Below, piece after piece: positions 39,230-58,103 of a stretch of 64,000 nt of DNA. The stretch lies in the NCBI GenBank assembly GCA_039545335.1, contig BCIN01000003.1, positions 558,001 to 622,000 on the forward strand. The letters are read 5' to 3'. The translations under genes were made by a program, and so were the position numbers. Numbering within the stretch: position 1 is the first letter of the stretch; every line of letters starts with the position of its first letter. A model generated the notes under the pieces. That model was not told the DNA's origin. It did no database searches and was given only the letters and a program-made list of their open reading frames with translations. Source of the DNA: Kondoa subrosea (Eukaryota).

Positions 39230-41868
39230 GTAGATGGTTTTAGTCATTCTCAAAAGCGATCGTATATCAATCGTCAAAAGTATAGCATTCAGAACAGAAG
39301 TATTAGCAATACGCATTACTACAATGACATTATACAGCACAGAGGAGAGATCAGACAATGCAAAGAAGCCGAGCCGAAGCAAAGCAATCTTCTGCCAGTC
39401 ATCATGTGTATGTGAGCGGAACAGGCCAGAGCGATCCGACTGTATTGAAAGTGAATCCACGATCAGAAGTGAGCAGACGATAGTGAAGAGCAAAGCTTAC
39501 GCATGATGTGACAAAGTTTCCCATCGCTCGCAAGAACAGGATCGCTGAAATAGCACCCGTGTTTCCCATGCGCATTTGTGTGCTCCCACTTTGTCAAAAC
39601 CAAGAGAATCGTCCAAGTCTTATAACCCTCCCTGCATAGCTATGGCACGACGTGTGACAGCTAAACTTCGACGACTGTCTGGTCAAGCGATACCGAGCAA
39701 ACGTACGCGATAGTTGACCACAATATGTGTGTGCAGATCTTTGAGCCGCCTGGAATGACTTCGCAATGCTGATTTTGTCTGAAGCTTGAGCGAATCTTTG
39801 ATGACAAAGTAGAGAGTCAGAATGATGATAGCGCATCGGCCTTTACAGCGATTCCGCTCGGAAGATATCAAGGATGCCCCGGATCCTCTTCTCGAAAAAG
39901 CAACAAACAGCATAAGCCATTTATCTGCTGTATGTAGAGAATCGAGCGATCTTGACCTGCCGCATTTCGTTTGAAAGCAATAACAGCATAGAAGTGTAAA
40001 ATGAGAGGTAAACAGTTGCGCCAGCTCTTCAAGGAAGATAGTGTTCTGGGGGTTTTGCTACCGCATAGACCCGAGGCCTGCTATCTTTGGATTTAACCAA
40101 AATCCACTCGTAGCGTTCCCAATAGCGGCAGCTACGGTCCCGCAATAAATGGTCTAATACAGAAGGAGTATTGAGGATGGCACAGCCAACGCAGCTGCAT
40201 CAAGCCGCGCAACAAGATAGACCGACTGTGCAATGGTTAATTATGTTGGAGCAGTCATGTCAATATGTACTCACGATCTCAAAGCAACAAGGCTCGAAAG
40301 AGCTCTGCTGCTCACCTCAAGCATCATTTTGCAACTTTGACGCTTTGCAAAAGGTATGTCGACATGCATGAAATGCGTGCTCTCCCCTTTCCTTGGCCGA
40401 GGCTTCTAATTCATCGACAGGATGAATCTTGAAGAAGCCCGTGTGGCAGGATTTGACCAGGGTCTATGCTGACGAAGCAGGAGCAACTCAGCGTACCCAT
40501 AGCCAGGATCGTGAAGCATGCCGATAGTCAAGCTGCAGATCGGCATAACCAAAAGCGACAGAAGAAGGAATATTAGGATGCTGCCCGACGTTTAGTCGTT
40601 TCTCGCAAAAGAATGGCTAAGAAGAGGACTCGGTCTATATAACTCCCGAAATAGCAGAGATTCCGTCATGCTGTGTGTAGAGAGTGTAGAGTCTTGCGTG
40701 CCTGCAAGGACTGGATATAGCAGAAGATTGGATCCCCTGTTACTCAGAAGTAAGCTCAGGCTGAGGAATTGAAGCGATGTAAAGACACACCAATACCGAA
40801 GCGACTGCTAACAGCTCGCTAGATGTGATCGTAGTTGAAAAAGGAACATGTGAAGCAAAATTTCAGAACGGATCCACAACCAGGTGGATGACCTGGCGTG
40901 TGGAGATGCCATTCTGAAGTTGAAAGTTGAGGTGTCGGCCCTTGACGTACTGGATACTGAAGTGATGCACTCGCGAGCCAGAAGTTGCTATGGCGAGTAT
41001 CTTGTATCGACAGTCATGGTATATGTGAAGTGAGTTTATGTTCGCATGTCGGAAAAGCTGGATATGGCATACGCCGTCGCAGCCCTCATAATGCTGCTGA
41101 GACTGAAGGGAGTAGCGCGTCGTAGAAGTAGTAAAGCGAAAGAACTTAGCGTAAAACTTGCTGCGGTCTTTGTGCAGATAGCGTTTGATGTTGCGGATTA
41201 CCAACGACGATGTATAACCTTCGAAGTCGAAGGAGATAAATCAATAGTAGGTCGGAGCCTCCCAAGTACCTGTGGTACTGGATGACTTGCTGGTCTTGAC
41301 GTTGGATTTGGGGTCGGACTCGATGATAAAGTCGGGAATATAATAATAAAGTGGGGCGAACATGCAATGGAAGAAGCAACAAGGCTGCAACCAATGTACG
41401 CAAGCTGGCTGGGACTGAGAACGGATGTGATTGAGAAAAGTCTTGCGAAGGGATGTCATTACTGTAGCTTACTTCTGCAGGTTTTCGGTTTTGACTGCAT
41501 ACATCATGAGCCATGCTAAAGATGTATAAATTCGAAGAGTTACTCGGGCTATGCAGTAGCATAGGCTGATTGGTTGAGAATTAGATAGAGGTTGGCGCAG
41601 AGGAATGATGTGAGGGTAGCGCAGCTCAACGTAAATTTGACGTAGAGCTGACTCAGAAGAGTATCGCAGCTATAGAGAGATATCATAAGGCGCTTTGACC
41701 GCAATGGACTAAGCTCACAGAGCTAAGTGAAGAGACTGTTGCGAATGCGGTAAGACACAGAGAGAGAGTTGACGCAAACAGGACTTACTTACCCTATGCT
41801 AACAGCACAGGGAACCAGAGGGAAGAGAGCGCAAGTCGTTGAAGCAGAAAGAGAGGAAAAAGATTTCA
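39230..41868 (-). other. Probable intron-rich lineage-specific membrane-protein gene(s) or relic; exon structure unresolved
   Basis: Repeated minus-strand GTAAG/GTGAG donors and several hydrophobic segments (ILIFLLLSLLVMPICSLTIG; GAISAILFLRAMG; LGFFALSDLSSVLYNVIVV). Confidence 0.3.
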
Positions 41869-42607
41869 TCGTGGCTTTTTGGCGTTCCATATACGTAAAT
41901 TGCAATTTGATGAGCTAAGCACATGAATCAGCGCGATTCTTCAATATAGATTTCGTGCATAGTACGCACACCTGCTCGGATCTTCAGCCTGTATTGTCGA
42001 GCGCTTTCAGCAGGAGGATCGCTCTGCTGCGGTGACTTTCCGTAGCGATTTCAAGCAGTCTATGAAGTTGTGAGAAGCTGTCACATCAATTGAAAAGCGT
42101 TCCGATGCTAGAATATGTCTCCAGAAGGAAGAATAGAGTAGAGCAATAGCTTTACTATTGAGTTGGGCCAGGAAGAAGACAAACAGGCATCTCTCTTCGA
42201 TTGTAGGTCATGCTGCTATTGTGCAGACATATCAAGTCACGTGCTTGCTCCTAAGGCGCGAAAGAGCTAGATTTCGATAGTAATACGGGCATTTGCACAG
42301 ACAAAAATAAAGCAAAGATATAGCAAAGATTAACAGCGCTATAGTATGGAATTCCAGAGTCATGCATGGCATCCATATAGACAGGACAGATAGAAACTAA
42401 AGCATGAAGCGTTCGAAGCATCACATTCATGCTCAATAGCAACCGAAGCGCTTCTATTGTGGTATTGCAGCAAACGATATACAAGACAAGGTACGTCGCA
42501 GCAAGCTCTTGGTATACGCCGACTGCTTAGACACACTTCGCGGTTCGCAACAAGAATATTTTCGGTTTATCGCAAACGGCCTTGGAGGCAGACTCGAGAC
42601 TCGCAAG

Positions 42608-44492
42608 ATGCCGCCGAAGCCTGCTGCGTCTGCTCCGAAAGCTTCTGGAAGTAAAGCACCAGCCAAGAAGTCATCCACAGCTGACAAACCTCCGTTTGTT
42701 TCTTGAGTCAAATTATGTGATACACCAAATGTGCTCATCCTGCTTGCTGCAGTGCGGCTACGAGTGCAAAGAAGCTTACACCTAAAGAAAGAGAAATCTA
42801 TGACATTGGTAAAGCGCAATCTGATGCGGTGAGCTATGTAGCAGCCCAGATCATCTTACTCGAGCTAAAGCTCTGCTAACAGGTCATCACGCAAGAAGTT
42901 CTGTTGGATGCCTTACATCTGAACGCTATGGATCAGGAGATTGTAGATGCGGTTTCAGCCTTAACGAAGAAGGTAGATTGCAGATCCGATCAATGCGACT
43001 TCCTCGCTTAGCATTGGATGTGGAATTGACAGCGCCTGTTTGTCACTATGATGACTCGAGATCAGTCACTCTTGTGGAAGGTCCAGACTCCCGTCGAAGC
43101 CAAATCGTCTGCTTTCCTTTTCTATTCATCATTCGCTTTCATCTTACTTTGTAGCTCAACAGCAATGCTGGTGTCTCAGACGAGACTGGTTCTGTCCTTG
43201 ATCTGATCAAACAAGCTGGTGATCGTGGTATCTGGGTAAAGACGGTAAAAGCCAAATCTGGTTTGCATCAGACAGTCATCAACAAATGTATTTCTCAATT
43301 GGAAGGCATGAAGAAAATCAAGAATGTCAAATCTGTCAAGGTACACTCAGTCGCTTTTGATACTTTCTACGTATAGCTTGACATCGTATTTTGTCCGACA
43401 GTTTCCCACCCGCAAGATCTACATGCTTGAAGGTCTCACTCCTTCAATTGAACTTACTGGCGGTCCTTGGTACACTGATAATGATCTTGATACTGTCTTC
43501 ATCGAAAACATTTCCAAGCTTTGTTATCGTTTCGTGGTCTCGCTCGTCAGTTTTCCTATTGCCCGAATTAGGCTCAATTGAATTTGTGGTGAGTTTATTG
43601 ACAGTCTGGTGGCGATGCTCAAGTCGATCGCTTCTTTCCTATTGGTCACACTCCGTATCTTCCAACAGCTCATGATGTAGCTAAAGAGATTCAGAAATCC
43701 AAAATCACTCCCGTCGAACTCTCTCCAGAGCATATCGAAGTCATCTTGCGCTTATTGGTCTTTGATGGTGATCTACAACAAATCAGAATCAAAAGGCAAG
43801 ATGGGGATTACGATTCTGATGTAGAAGAAGAAAGTACTACTACCGCTAATGGAAAGAAAAGGAAACGAGGTACTGGATCAGGTGGAAAGAAGGGTAAAAG
43901 AGTCAAAATGGAGAACGGAGAAGATTCAGATGCGATTGATAACGAATCGGAAGAAGAAGATGAAGACTATCAAGAACAGCAGCAAGGTGAAGATGAAGAA
44001 GATGACTTGCCTCCCCCTTTAGGCGAAGATGGTTCAGCTATCAAGAACTTCAAGAAAAGACCTGGTCCGCCCGGAAGAGCGAAACATTATTTTGTTTATC
44101 GAGCTCTACCAAGACCGATTTGGCAGAACCCTTTGCGAATTGGGATTACAGATACGCCTTGTGGTGTTTGTCCTGTTCGAAGCGAATGTGATAACAAGGA
44201 GAAGCCTTCTATGCCTGAACGATCTTTGGCTGATGTGGATTCTCTTGTCGGTGTCGGTGTCACTGTTCAGAAGAAACGAACGAAAGCGGACGAAGATGAC
44301 GAAGCTCTCATTCGAATGAAACCACCTAATGGGATGTTCGAACCACCAAAAGTATGGATGGGAGGTGGAACAAGAGGAAAGCAACGAGTTGGAGCTGTCA
44401 ACCCAAGAGATTGCGAGTGGGTGATTTCTCAAGGAAGTTTAGCATCTGCTCACTTCATTTGCAGGTACTACACTAAGTGGCTCACGTATTGA
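42608..44492 (+). CDS. RPC34: RNA polymerase III subunit C34/RPC6
   Basis: LIKQAGDRGIWVKTVK, LEGMKKIKNVKSVKFPTRKIYML, PSIELTGGPWY, C-terminal PCGVCPV...C...PRDCEYYTKWL. Confidence 0.92.
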
Positions 44493-44585
44493 TATGCCAA
44501 ACGAGAGAGATTTGTAACACATTCTTAGCATGCTTTCATCATTTGCATTGCATTATATCTTCACTACGCAACCAAAACTATAGCA

Positions 44586-46446
44586 TTATTCACGACGCTG
44601 CGCATCCATGATTCCCATGTCGTCCAAATGAGACCGATTTGTGTCTACCTTTTTCCCCTTGAATTCGCTTGCATCAGGATTGGGCGAAGGTGTGCGACCA
44701 AACATTGAATGATTATATTGAGATTGTGCCAAATCTTGCACGTTATCAGCCGTACGAGTAGAAAGCGGTTGACCACTGGCAGCCCAGAAGCTAGAGATAG
44801 TCGTTTCCTCTTGCGGATGAAGATGGCTTTGCGATGTATAAAAAGGCGAGAGATCTTTAGGCGTAGTATGTAAAGAGTTGACTGTCGCTTGAGGAGTCTC
44901 TACAGGCACAAGAAACGGATTCGAAGGTCGATATTGATGCTGCGCTGTAGGCACGTATTGTTGAGGCCTAGAAAGAGGTTAATATCAGTCAAAAAGAGAT
45001 TGGAGAAACTTACATCTGAAAGTCCCAGCCAGTTGGAATGTGCATATCACTTATAGACTTTTCCTTTCCCGATCTCTTCTGGCTTTCACTTGAACTATCA
45101 GATCTCTGTGAGATTGACCGCCCAAGATGTTGCAGGTCTTGAGCTGAGTTGACGACGCCATCATCATCTCTATGCCCACGCACGCTTGATTCTGTTATAG
45201 CGTGCGATTCTGCATCAGTATGATCACCAGACTTCGCTCGAGAACCATTTCGCTGTAGAGTGAGCCATGGCTGAATGTCTCGATCAAAGGCCGGATTGTC
45301 TGATTGCAGGAAAGTTTGCCCTTGATAAGTAGTGTTCTCCTGTTGCTCCTGTTGCTCCTGCTGCATACCTAAAGAAACTGAGCGCTTGCGTTGGGAGGAC
45401 TCGCCCTTGTACAGTTCATCGACGAACGCTTCAACGCTTGCGTCCAGTTCGAATGAAGCGTACAGAGCATCCAGATCACGAAGAACTAGTCTGCCTGACT
45501 CTTGCCGCGGTAATGTAGCTAGCTTGTAGACAGGCGAGCGATCTTTACGCGAGTTTGTAAGGAAATCAGTGAGAGGAAGACCACCGTTATACTTAAAAGC
45601 TTCGTGATCTGGTGCATAGCTTGGAGCGAATTGTGTGTCTTGCACAGATGAGGTCGAATTTGCTTGTGCTGGATATGCCCACACCGGTTCTTGCATGTGT
45701 TGCTGATGAATAGCCTTCTCCTGCAATCCAAGTGATACTTCTGACATAGCTGGAGTCGAAAGAAGCTCATTTGGATCCAGGAAAGAGGGTGGTAAAGTGA
45801 ATGAGGAATCGCGATGATTTTGAGGAGAAGAAGATCTTAGGGCAGATTTAAGTGGTCGAGGTTCTCTACTGGACGTGTCCTCTATGCGATCATGTGGTTC
45901 ATCATATGAATACGATCTCAAAGATGGTCGAAGTCGCTTGCGACGTTTCGCTAGAATAGGCGAGGAAATCCTATCTTCCGGCTCATCCATCTTTGGCAAA
46001 GCGGTCGGAATAGGGAAGAAGATAGGTTGGGCCATATGAGTTACTTGCTGAGGCTGATCATATGAAGCCGGATGCGCATGCTGAAGATCCAGCTGAGGCG
46101 GAGCAGGAATACGAGGAGCGGTCGGAGCTTCAGGCATTCTTGGCATGGCTGGTAATGGACCTGGGGGCATGGGAGGTAGAGGAGGCATAGAAGGAGCTAA
46201 AGGTTGTAATGGAAGATGACTAGGCATTGGTGGTATACCGCTTGCGGGCAGAACTGGAGCAACATTTGATGGTTTAGGCGCTTCACCAGGTTTTTTCGGC
46301 TCTTCTGCTTTGACTTCACTTCGGGGCAATTGAGATGGAATCCAGCTAGCCTGAGGCATGATCTGGGGATTCACAGGCTCGAGATAGCGAGGATCAGGCT
46401 GATTAGTCAGATCAGATGAATCCTTCCTGGGTAAATTTGGAGACAT
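44586..46446 (-). CDS. Pro/Ser/Gln-rich low-complexity hypothetical protein (2 exons)
   Basis: 478-aa ORF plus downstream exon; no recognisable domain. Confidence 0.65.
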
Positions 46447-46573
46447 ACCAGATTACCACACCCACAGCTTTGTGCTACACCCATTGCGATCGTATCGGCT
46501 GAAGAGCATATCCATTTCGAATGAATCATCAAGCCTTCGCCCTTTGCACTGCTTTTCATCGCCTCGGGCGTTC

Positions 46574-47706
46574 TCAATACAGCGTCTCCAATAATTCCAG
46601 CCGGATATCCTGATGATTCAACACTGCCCTAAGTTCCTCCCGCTGTACTTGATCACCATAGGAATCGCTCATTTGGATCGATTTCAATTTAGGTAAATAA
46701 CTTTTGATAGTAAAGAAGGAAGATGGGATTGGTTCTCTTTTGACTGTCTGTCTTTTCGTCAAGGCTAGACAAGTCAACTGTTTTCGACTAGGAAGAAGAT
46801 CTTGTTCCACAAGGGAATCGAATTCGAAAACTGCAGATTTGGTTTGAGCTACTCTGAAAGTCGTAAGAGAGGTTAACCGAGATAGTCTAGAGAGATGTCG
46901 CCGGTAATCAGCGAAGACCAAGAGAGTTGCGCCGGTGATGAGTTCATATTTCGGGAAACGGGAATTGTCGAAAATATCATGCCCGCCCAAGACCGCATCG
47001 ATTTGGAGCTATGTTTTGTCTTCGTCAAGTGAGCTCCCAGGATGCAGATACAAGATCGACTTACATCTTCATACAGAGGAAACAGTGACAACAGATCTAC
47101 AAAAGAAGGTTTCCACAGTGACGCAGATTGTGCCAGGTGAAGTTTCTTCAGCTTGCGATCAAGTGGAATGAAGCGTTCTGGTAAAGGTGTTGCTTCAGCG
47201 ACTCTTCCAGATGAAGTTTGAGTTATCGAGACATCTGTACAAGCTGGCAAAGCATGCACTAGATTCCGGAGCCTAGATATCCGAGAATCGACGCTATAGT
47301 CTACCAGTAGCTTCTCCACCTTGAGCAGGGACTTGTTCGATCGAATCTTGGGCGCTAAGCGTAGGGAAGAGTTTGTAACTCGCAGCGTTCGTACATTTGG
47401 AAGAAGCTTGAAGAGAGCGACTAGAACTTCTCTATCTTGTATTTCAGAGTCATTGACTGGAGCATCGACACCTATTTCCAGAAACGAAACAAATTCTCCA
47501 ACATGACTGGATTGTAGTGAAGCTAGGAAGACATCGATACGCTTTCGATTCCATTGTCTGAAGCTGACATGACGGAAGAGTTCTATTTGAGCTGGTGTAG
47601 TCCACGCAGAACAGACGAGCGAGAAAGATGACAGATCTGCATGATCGAATGAGGGTTCGTCCTGGAAGATGGATTGCAAGAGCTCAAATGGCAGAGCTGG
47701 TATCAT
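46574..47706 (-). CDS. F-box domain protein with LRR-like repeats
   Basis: MIPALPFELLQSIF...DLSSFSLVCSAWTTPAQIELFRHV, classic fungal F-box. Confidence 0.8.
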
Positions 47707-48362
47707 ATAGTGCTCTGATATAAGCGGTAATCCAGACAGGTATCTATACACACATTGCTGTCATCAGCAAAGGGAAGGTCTTCTCAAGACAGCGAATTGC
47801 CGATTGATCTTCTGCCCGAATACTCAGACTGTACAGTTTCTTATCGCTTTCTTTCATGCCTCTTCACTCTGCTGCTGCTGAGCGGCAATGTTTCATTGTT
47901 TGATGACCGATTTGTGCGGTCTCCGAATTGACGAGTTTCGGAAGCCTGCCTGTTTCCTTGCTGTGTTTTATCTTTAATCTCTCTTGTATGCATCAGATAC
48001 CGTTCTGTCGCCTTTGCCTGACGTTTTCTCGCGGCAGGTTGTACCTATACGCGAGCTGTGAGTATCAATGCGCGCCTCTTGTACCAGCGCACCAAAAGGG
48101 TGATGGCAGCTCAGTAGCAGAACGCATGGTTCTGAGGACCATGGAATGCTGGCCCGTCGAGGTGTCATAGCGTTGTATGGAGCGAGGCAGATCAGATTGA
48201 ATCGGCTTGAAAGAGCTTCGGAAGCGAAGAAATGGGTCTTACAGTGATATACATGTCTTAGGAGCCTCGGAGTACTCTGGGCATAGACTGCATTGACCTC
48301 CGAAATTTCCGTGTCTTGACTCAGAAATCGATAACGCCCTTTTCCCACAACGACCTTTGTTC

Positions 48363-48479
48363 ATGTTCAGTAAGTCAAGACCTGCACTGTAAACATCCTA
48401 AGGCTAATCCAGTGCAGCTGGTACGACCGCAGGCGACTATCTCTCATATTCCGTTCTTCGCGCTACAAAATCTCCTTAA
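48363..48479 (+). promoter_or_regulatory. Intron-split uORF encoding a divergent arginine attenuator peptide (MFTGTTAGDYLSYSVLRATKSP*)
   Basis: Exon 48363-48369, GTAAGT...GCTAAT...CAG intron 48370-48417, exon 48418-48479; TxxDYLSxxxxRA matches fungal AAP; ends 59 nt upstream of the CPA1 ATG. Confidence 0.8.
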
Positions 48480-48538
48480 ACCATCTACAAAAAGCCCTAA
48501 AAAGCTCTTCTTCACATTTTTAAACCTCGACGGTCACT

Positions 48539-50100
48539 ATGATTGCTCGACTTCCACCATCTGCTGCAAGGCTGGCCCGGAATTTGCGGTCTTTCGCAAC
48601 CGTTCAAAGCGGTTTTCCCACTTCGCAGAGCGGCGCGCAACTAGTCGACACCGACGGTCAACCAGCTGCTTTGCACTTGAAGTCAGGTCAAGTCTTCAAG
48701 GGGCGTTCGTTTGGTGCGCCTCAATCAGCCTTTGGCGAAACGGTCTTCTCCACTTCCATCACTTCTTACACAGAATCAATGACCGATCCTTCTTATCTGA
48801 AACAACTTCTTGTCTTCACTACTCCAATGATCGGAAATTATGGTGTTCCAGCCAATCATCTTTCAGACGAGGCAGCCGCAAATGGTCCGCCAGTCTTTCT
48901 CGAAAGCGACGGCATCAAGTGTGCGGGCGTCATTGTTGGTGATGTGGCCGAGAAGTTCTCTCATTATCAAGCGGTTGAGAGTATATCGCAATGGTGCAAG
49001 CGAAATGGTATTCCTGGGATTACTGGCGTGGACACAAGAGCAATCACCACTCTTCTTCGTCAGCAAGGTACTACACTTGGTAAACTCGCTATTGGTGAAA
49101 AAGAAGCCGATGTACCTGTTGAACAAGATGGCTACTACGATCCAAGCGTAGAAAACCTCATTGCTCAAGTTTCTACTCCTGAGCCATACACTTTGAATCC
49201 TCAAGGCGATGTCAAGATTGCTGTTCTCGACTTTGGTTCCAAAGCCAACATTCTTCGTTCTTTGGTCAAAAGAAATGCGGCCATCACTGTCTTCCCATGG
49301 AACTACGACTTCAACTCAGTTCGAGATCAGTTTGATGGTCTTTTCCTGACAAACGGTCCTGGTGATCCAAAGCACGCTATGCCAGCTGCTTTGAAGCTTC
49401 GCAAAACTTTAGAAGAATGGAGGAAACCTATCTTTGGCATTTGCATGGGCAACCAAGTTCTGGGTTTGGCTGCCGGTTTGGATGCGTACAGAATGGCCTT
49501 TGGAAACCGAGGTCACAATCAACCGGTTCTGGCGCTTGCTTCCTCCGGTTCTATTGTTGCCGGACGAGTTTACATTACTTCCCAGAATCGTAGGCGTGTT
49601 TGACAGCGAAAAAGTTTTTCACTGACTGTTATCTGTAGATCAATATGCTCTGAAGCTAGTAGACCCCTTCCCTGAAGGATGGGAGCCTTGGTTCATCAAT
49701 GCAAATGTAGGTCTCTTGCAGCTGATGTACAGCTTGTACTCAATGGTTGTCGGACCGTACAGGACTCAAGCATTGAGGGCATTAAAAGCACAAAGGAGAG
49801 CGGCAAGTTCGTCTGGGCTGCTCAATTCCACCCTGAGTGAGTTCACTCGATGTACGCGGGGATGCTTGCTAACGTGAAGGCTTCTTCAGATCTGCTGGAG
49901 GACCTCTTGACACGATGTAAGTGATTGTTGCCGCTCGGCAATTCAGACTTCATGCTCATCCCTCTCATAGGACTCTCTTTGACGATTTCGTTGGTGTATG
50001 CCGGGCAATGAGCCAGAACAACACGAGCAATCCTTCTGCAATCTTTCACTCTCCTGTTCACAAGGTCGTCAGAGGCAAGACCATCGCTGTAGAAGCATGA
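48539..50100 (+). CDS. CPA1: Carbamoyl-phosphate synthase arginine-specific small subunit (arg-2 orthologue)
   Basis: Mitochondrial presequence, GETVFSTS, TDPSY, PMIGNYG, NGPGDP, FGICMG, GNRGHNQP, TSQNHQY, QFHPE. Confidence 0.96.
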
Positions 50101-50619
50101 ATTCGCAGATGCGATCGTCTGCCATACTTTCTTCCCACTATGTATCGATCTTTCAAGGGAAGCAGAATTCGTTGGCTTCGCTCTCTCACTCAAATCTGCT
50201 TCAATCGAGTCCATCTTTTGTCTGCTTTATTTCGTCGACACCTCGTCCGACTTCTCCCTATACTCGACATGTAAACCACTCAAGCGGAACGAGAGTGAAG
50301 TGGGATTGCTCGGTTCTGTTTTCCGAAGCTCTCTAGCGTACCTGTAACATTAGACATCTTGCAATAGATAGCGTATAGCGCTCTTGCTCACATCTCTCGT
50401 TGCCGAACCTCTCAGCGCTTTCGATTGCTAGCTTTGCCGTTTGAAACAGCACACCTGTTCAAAGTCCTACATCAACACTTGAGAGCTCTAGATACACTGA
50501 ACTGGTAGCTAAAAGTCTACACTACACACCTCTGGACTCGCTAGCCCATCAGACGCATTCAAATTCCGAGCATCTGCTGTTTTCGAGCGGAAAGCTAGAA
50601 CTCGGTCGTGGACATTGCT

Positions 50620-56355
<5,736 letters not shown>

Positions 56356-56685
56356 TCTGGCATGTACAATCACTCTAGGGAACATCCTTGTAGCATTATT
56401 GTAGTCTCGTATTTGCATAAATGAATTTCATTAAGCATGATATACAGTTGTGAGACCCTTTTCGTCGCGCTGAAACGAAGCTGGCAAGTATGAAACCAAA
56501 TGCTGTTTGGACAAATGCGAAATGCGAATGAGTGGTCAAATTCGGATGAGCTGAAGTGGATGATGTCTCTTCAGCTGTGTTCCATTGGCATCAAGGGAGG
56601 GAAAAAGAGAGAGTTGGACCTTAGTAGTCCTTTTCGAAGATCGGATGTAGATTGCTGATTAGCCGTACTTCGCAAAGATGAAGAT

Positions 56686-57702
56686 TTAGCGACGTCCAAA
56701 AGCGGGATGGCCTTCTCTAGCTTTCCTACTCTTCGAGATCAATCGAAAAGTATTGGCATATCTTGATCTAGCCTTGAGGTTCTTATCGAATTCCTCTTTG
56801 AAATCCTTATATCGACCGTTCTCCCTCAAATTCACCACAAGCGGATCAAAGCGATTCAATGGATGAACGCGCTGATTGAAATGACCATGTTTCCGAAGTC
56901 GTTTTTGTCGATCAACAGCTAAATAACAAGGCGAGGAAAAAGAAGGTAAAGCTTGGGCCGTTCGAATACAAGGTGATGATCTTGGACAACGACGATCTCG
57001 ATCGAAACCATTCAACAAGGGAGTCCATTTGTCTTCGTGTAAATTTTGAAAATGATTGATACCGCCTAACAAACGATGATGAATGAGGTCTCTGAAGTAA
57101 ACGAAGCAGAGAGCCGAACTTTCAAGCTCAAGAATGAGTCGTGTATCACCATCGAGTAGGCGCATAAGATACGGGTGATGTTTGCGCTACCAATTGTTGA
57201 AACCAATATTAGTGCGCATCTAATGAGCAACTCACTCGCTTTTCGATCGAGAGATGGAATTCATAAGAAATCAATACTAGGCCACTGACTAGGAACTTCG
57301 CTTTCGAGCCATGGAAATCATTCGCATCTGTACAGGTTTTGGTTAAGGCTTAGGTCAATCATTAAAATGATTGAAGCTCGCGTACATTCACTGATATAGC
57401 TTAACCATTCCATTCGAGCCACTCCGCGATCGCCTAGGGTGTTTTCTTGCTCGAGCGCATCACATAGTTTCTGATACAGATCAGCTCGGCGCAAGAGCGG
57501 GAAGGCTGAATATGCCACGAGATCGGAAATAGTATATGAAGGCTCTTTGAGATAATGGCGAAAGCTGAATGCAGCGATGCCATTGAGAATGATCAATAGA
57601 AGAAGGAGTAGACAGCAGAACAGACATCCAATTGAGAGGCTCCCAGCTATAAGGTAGGACTTCTCGCACCTTACCCAGCAATGTAAGACAGCAAGAAAGC
57701 AA
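56686..57702 (-). CDS. Hypothetical multi-exon protein; start approximate
   Basis: Minus-strand ORFs linked by ~50-nt GT-AG introns; no recognisable motif. Confidence 0.45.
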
Positions 57703-58103
57703 TTAGAGGTAGACAGGCTCGCACCAGATCTAGGAAATCGAACAAGATAGCGGTGCGCCCTTGCAGCTGCTCTGTACATGGATCAGAGGGCATATCCAAG
57801 CTATTACACTGTCCAGCAGCGAGAAAGTCCAGTGGCTGCTTAAGGTCGAACCTTGCTTCGGTTGCTTCGACGACTTCGGCTTGATCTCGTGTCGACTCCT
57901 TCCATTCCTTTACTACTGCGTCTGGTCACGCTTTCTCGCTCATTCTACTGCTACACACAACTATTGGCTGGATCTGCGCGCTTTCCCCTTTGCAAGCCTC
58001 AAAAATCAACACAGCCTTAGCATAGCTTGAGAGCCTGCCGATAGATCTATTCTTGCTCTCTCCCTCTTCTACTTCTTGTCTCTTGTACAAGTCATCAAAC
58101 GTA

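Noticed and set aside
48316..48942. 208-aa ORF overlapping the CPA1 start
   Set aside because: Begins at TTG, is an alternative frame of the AAP leader and CPA1, and has no protein-like features
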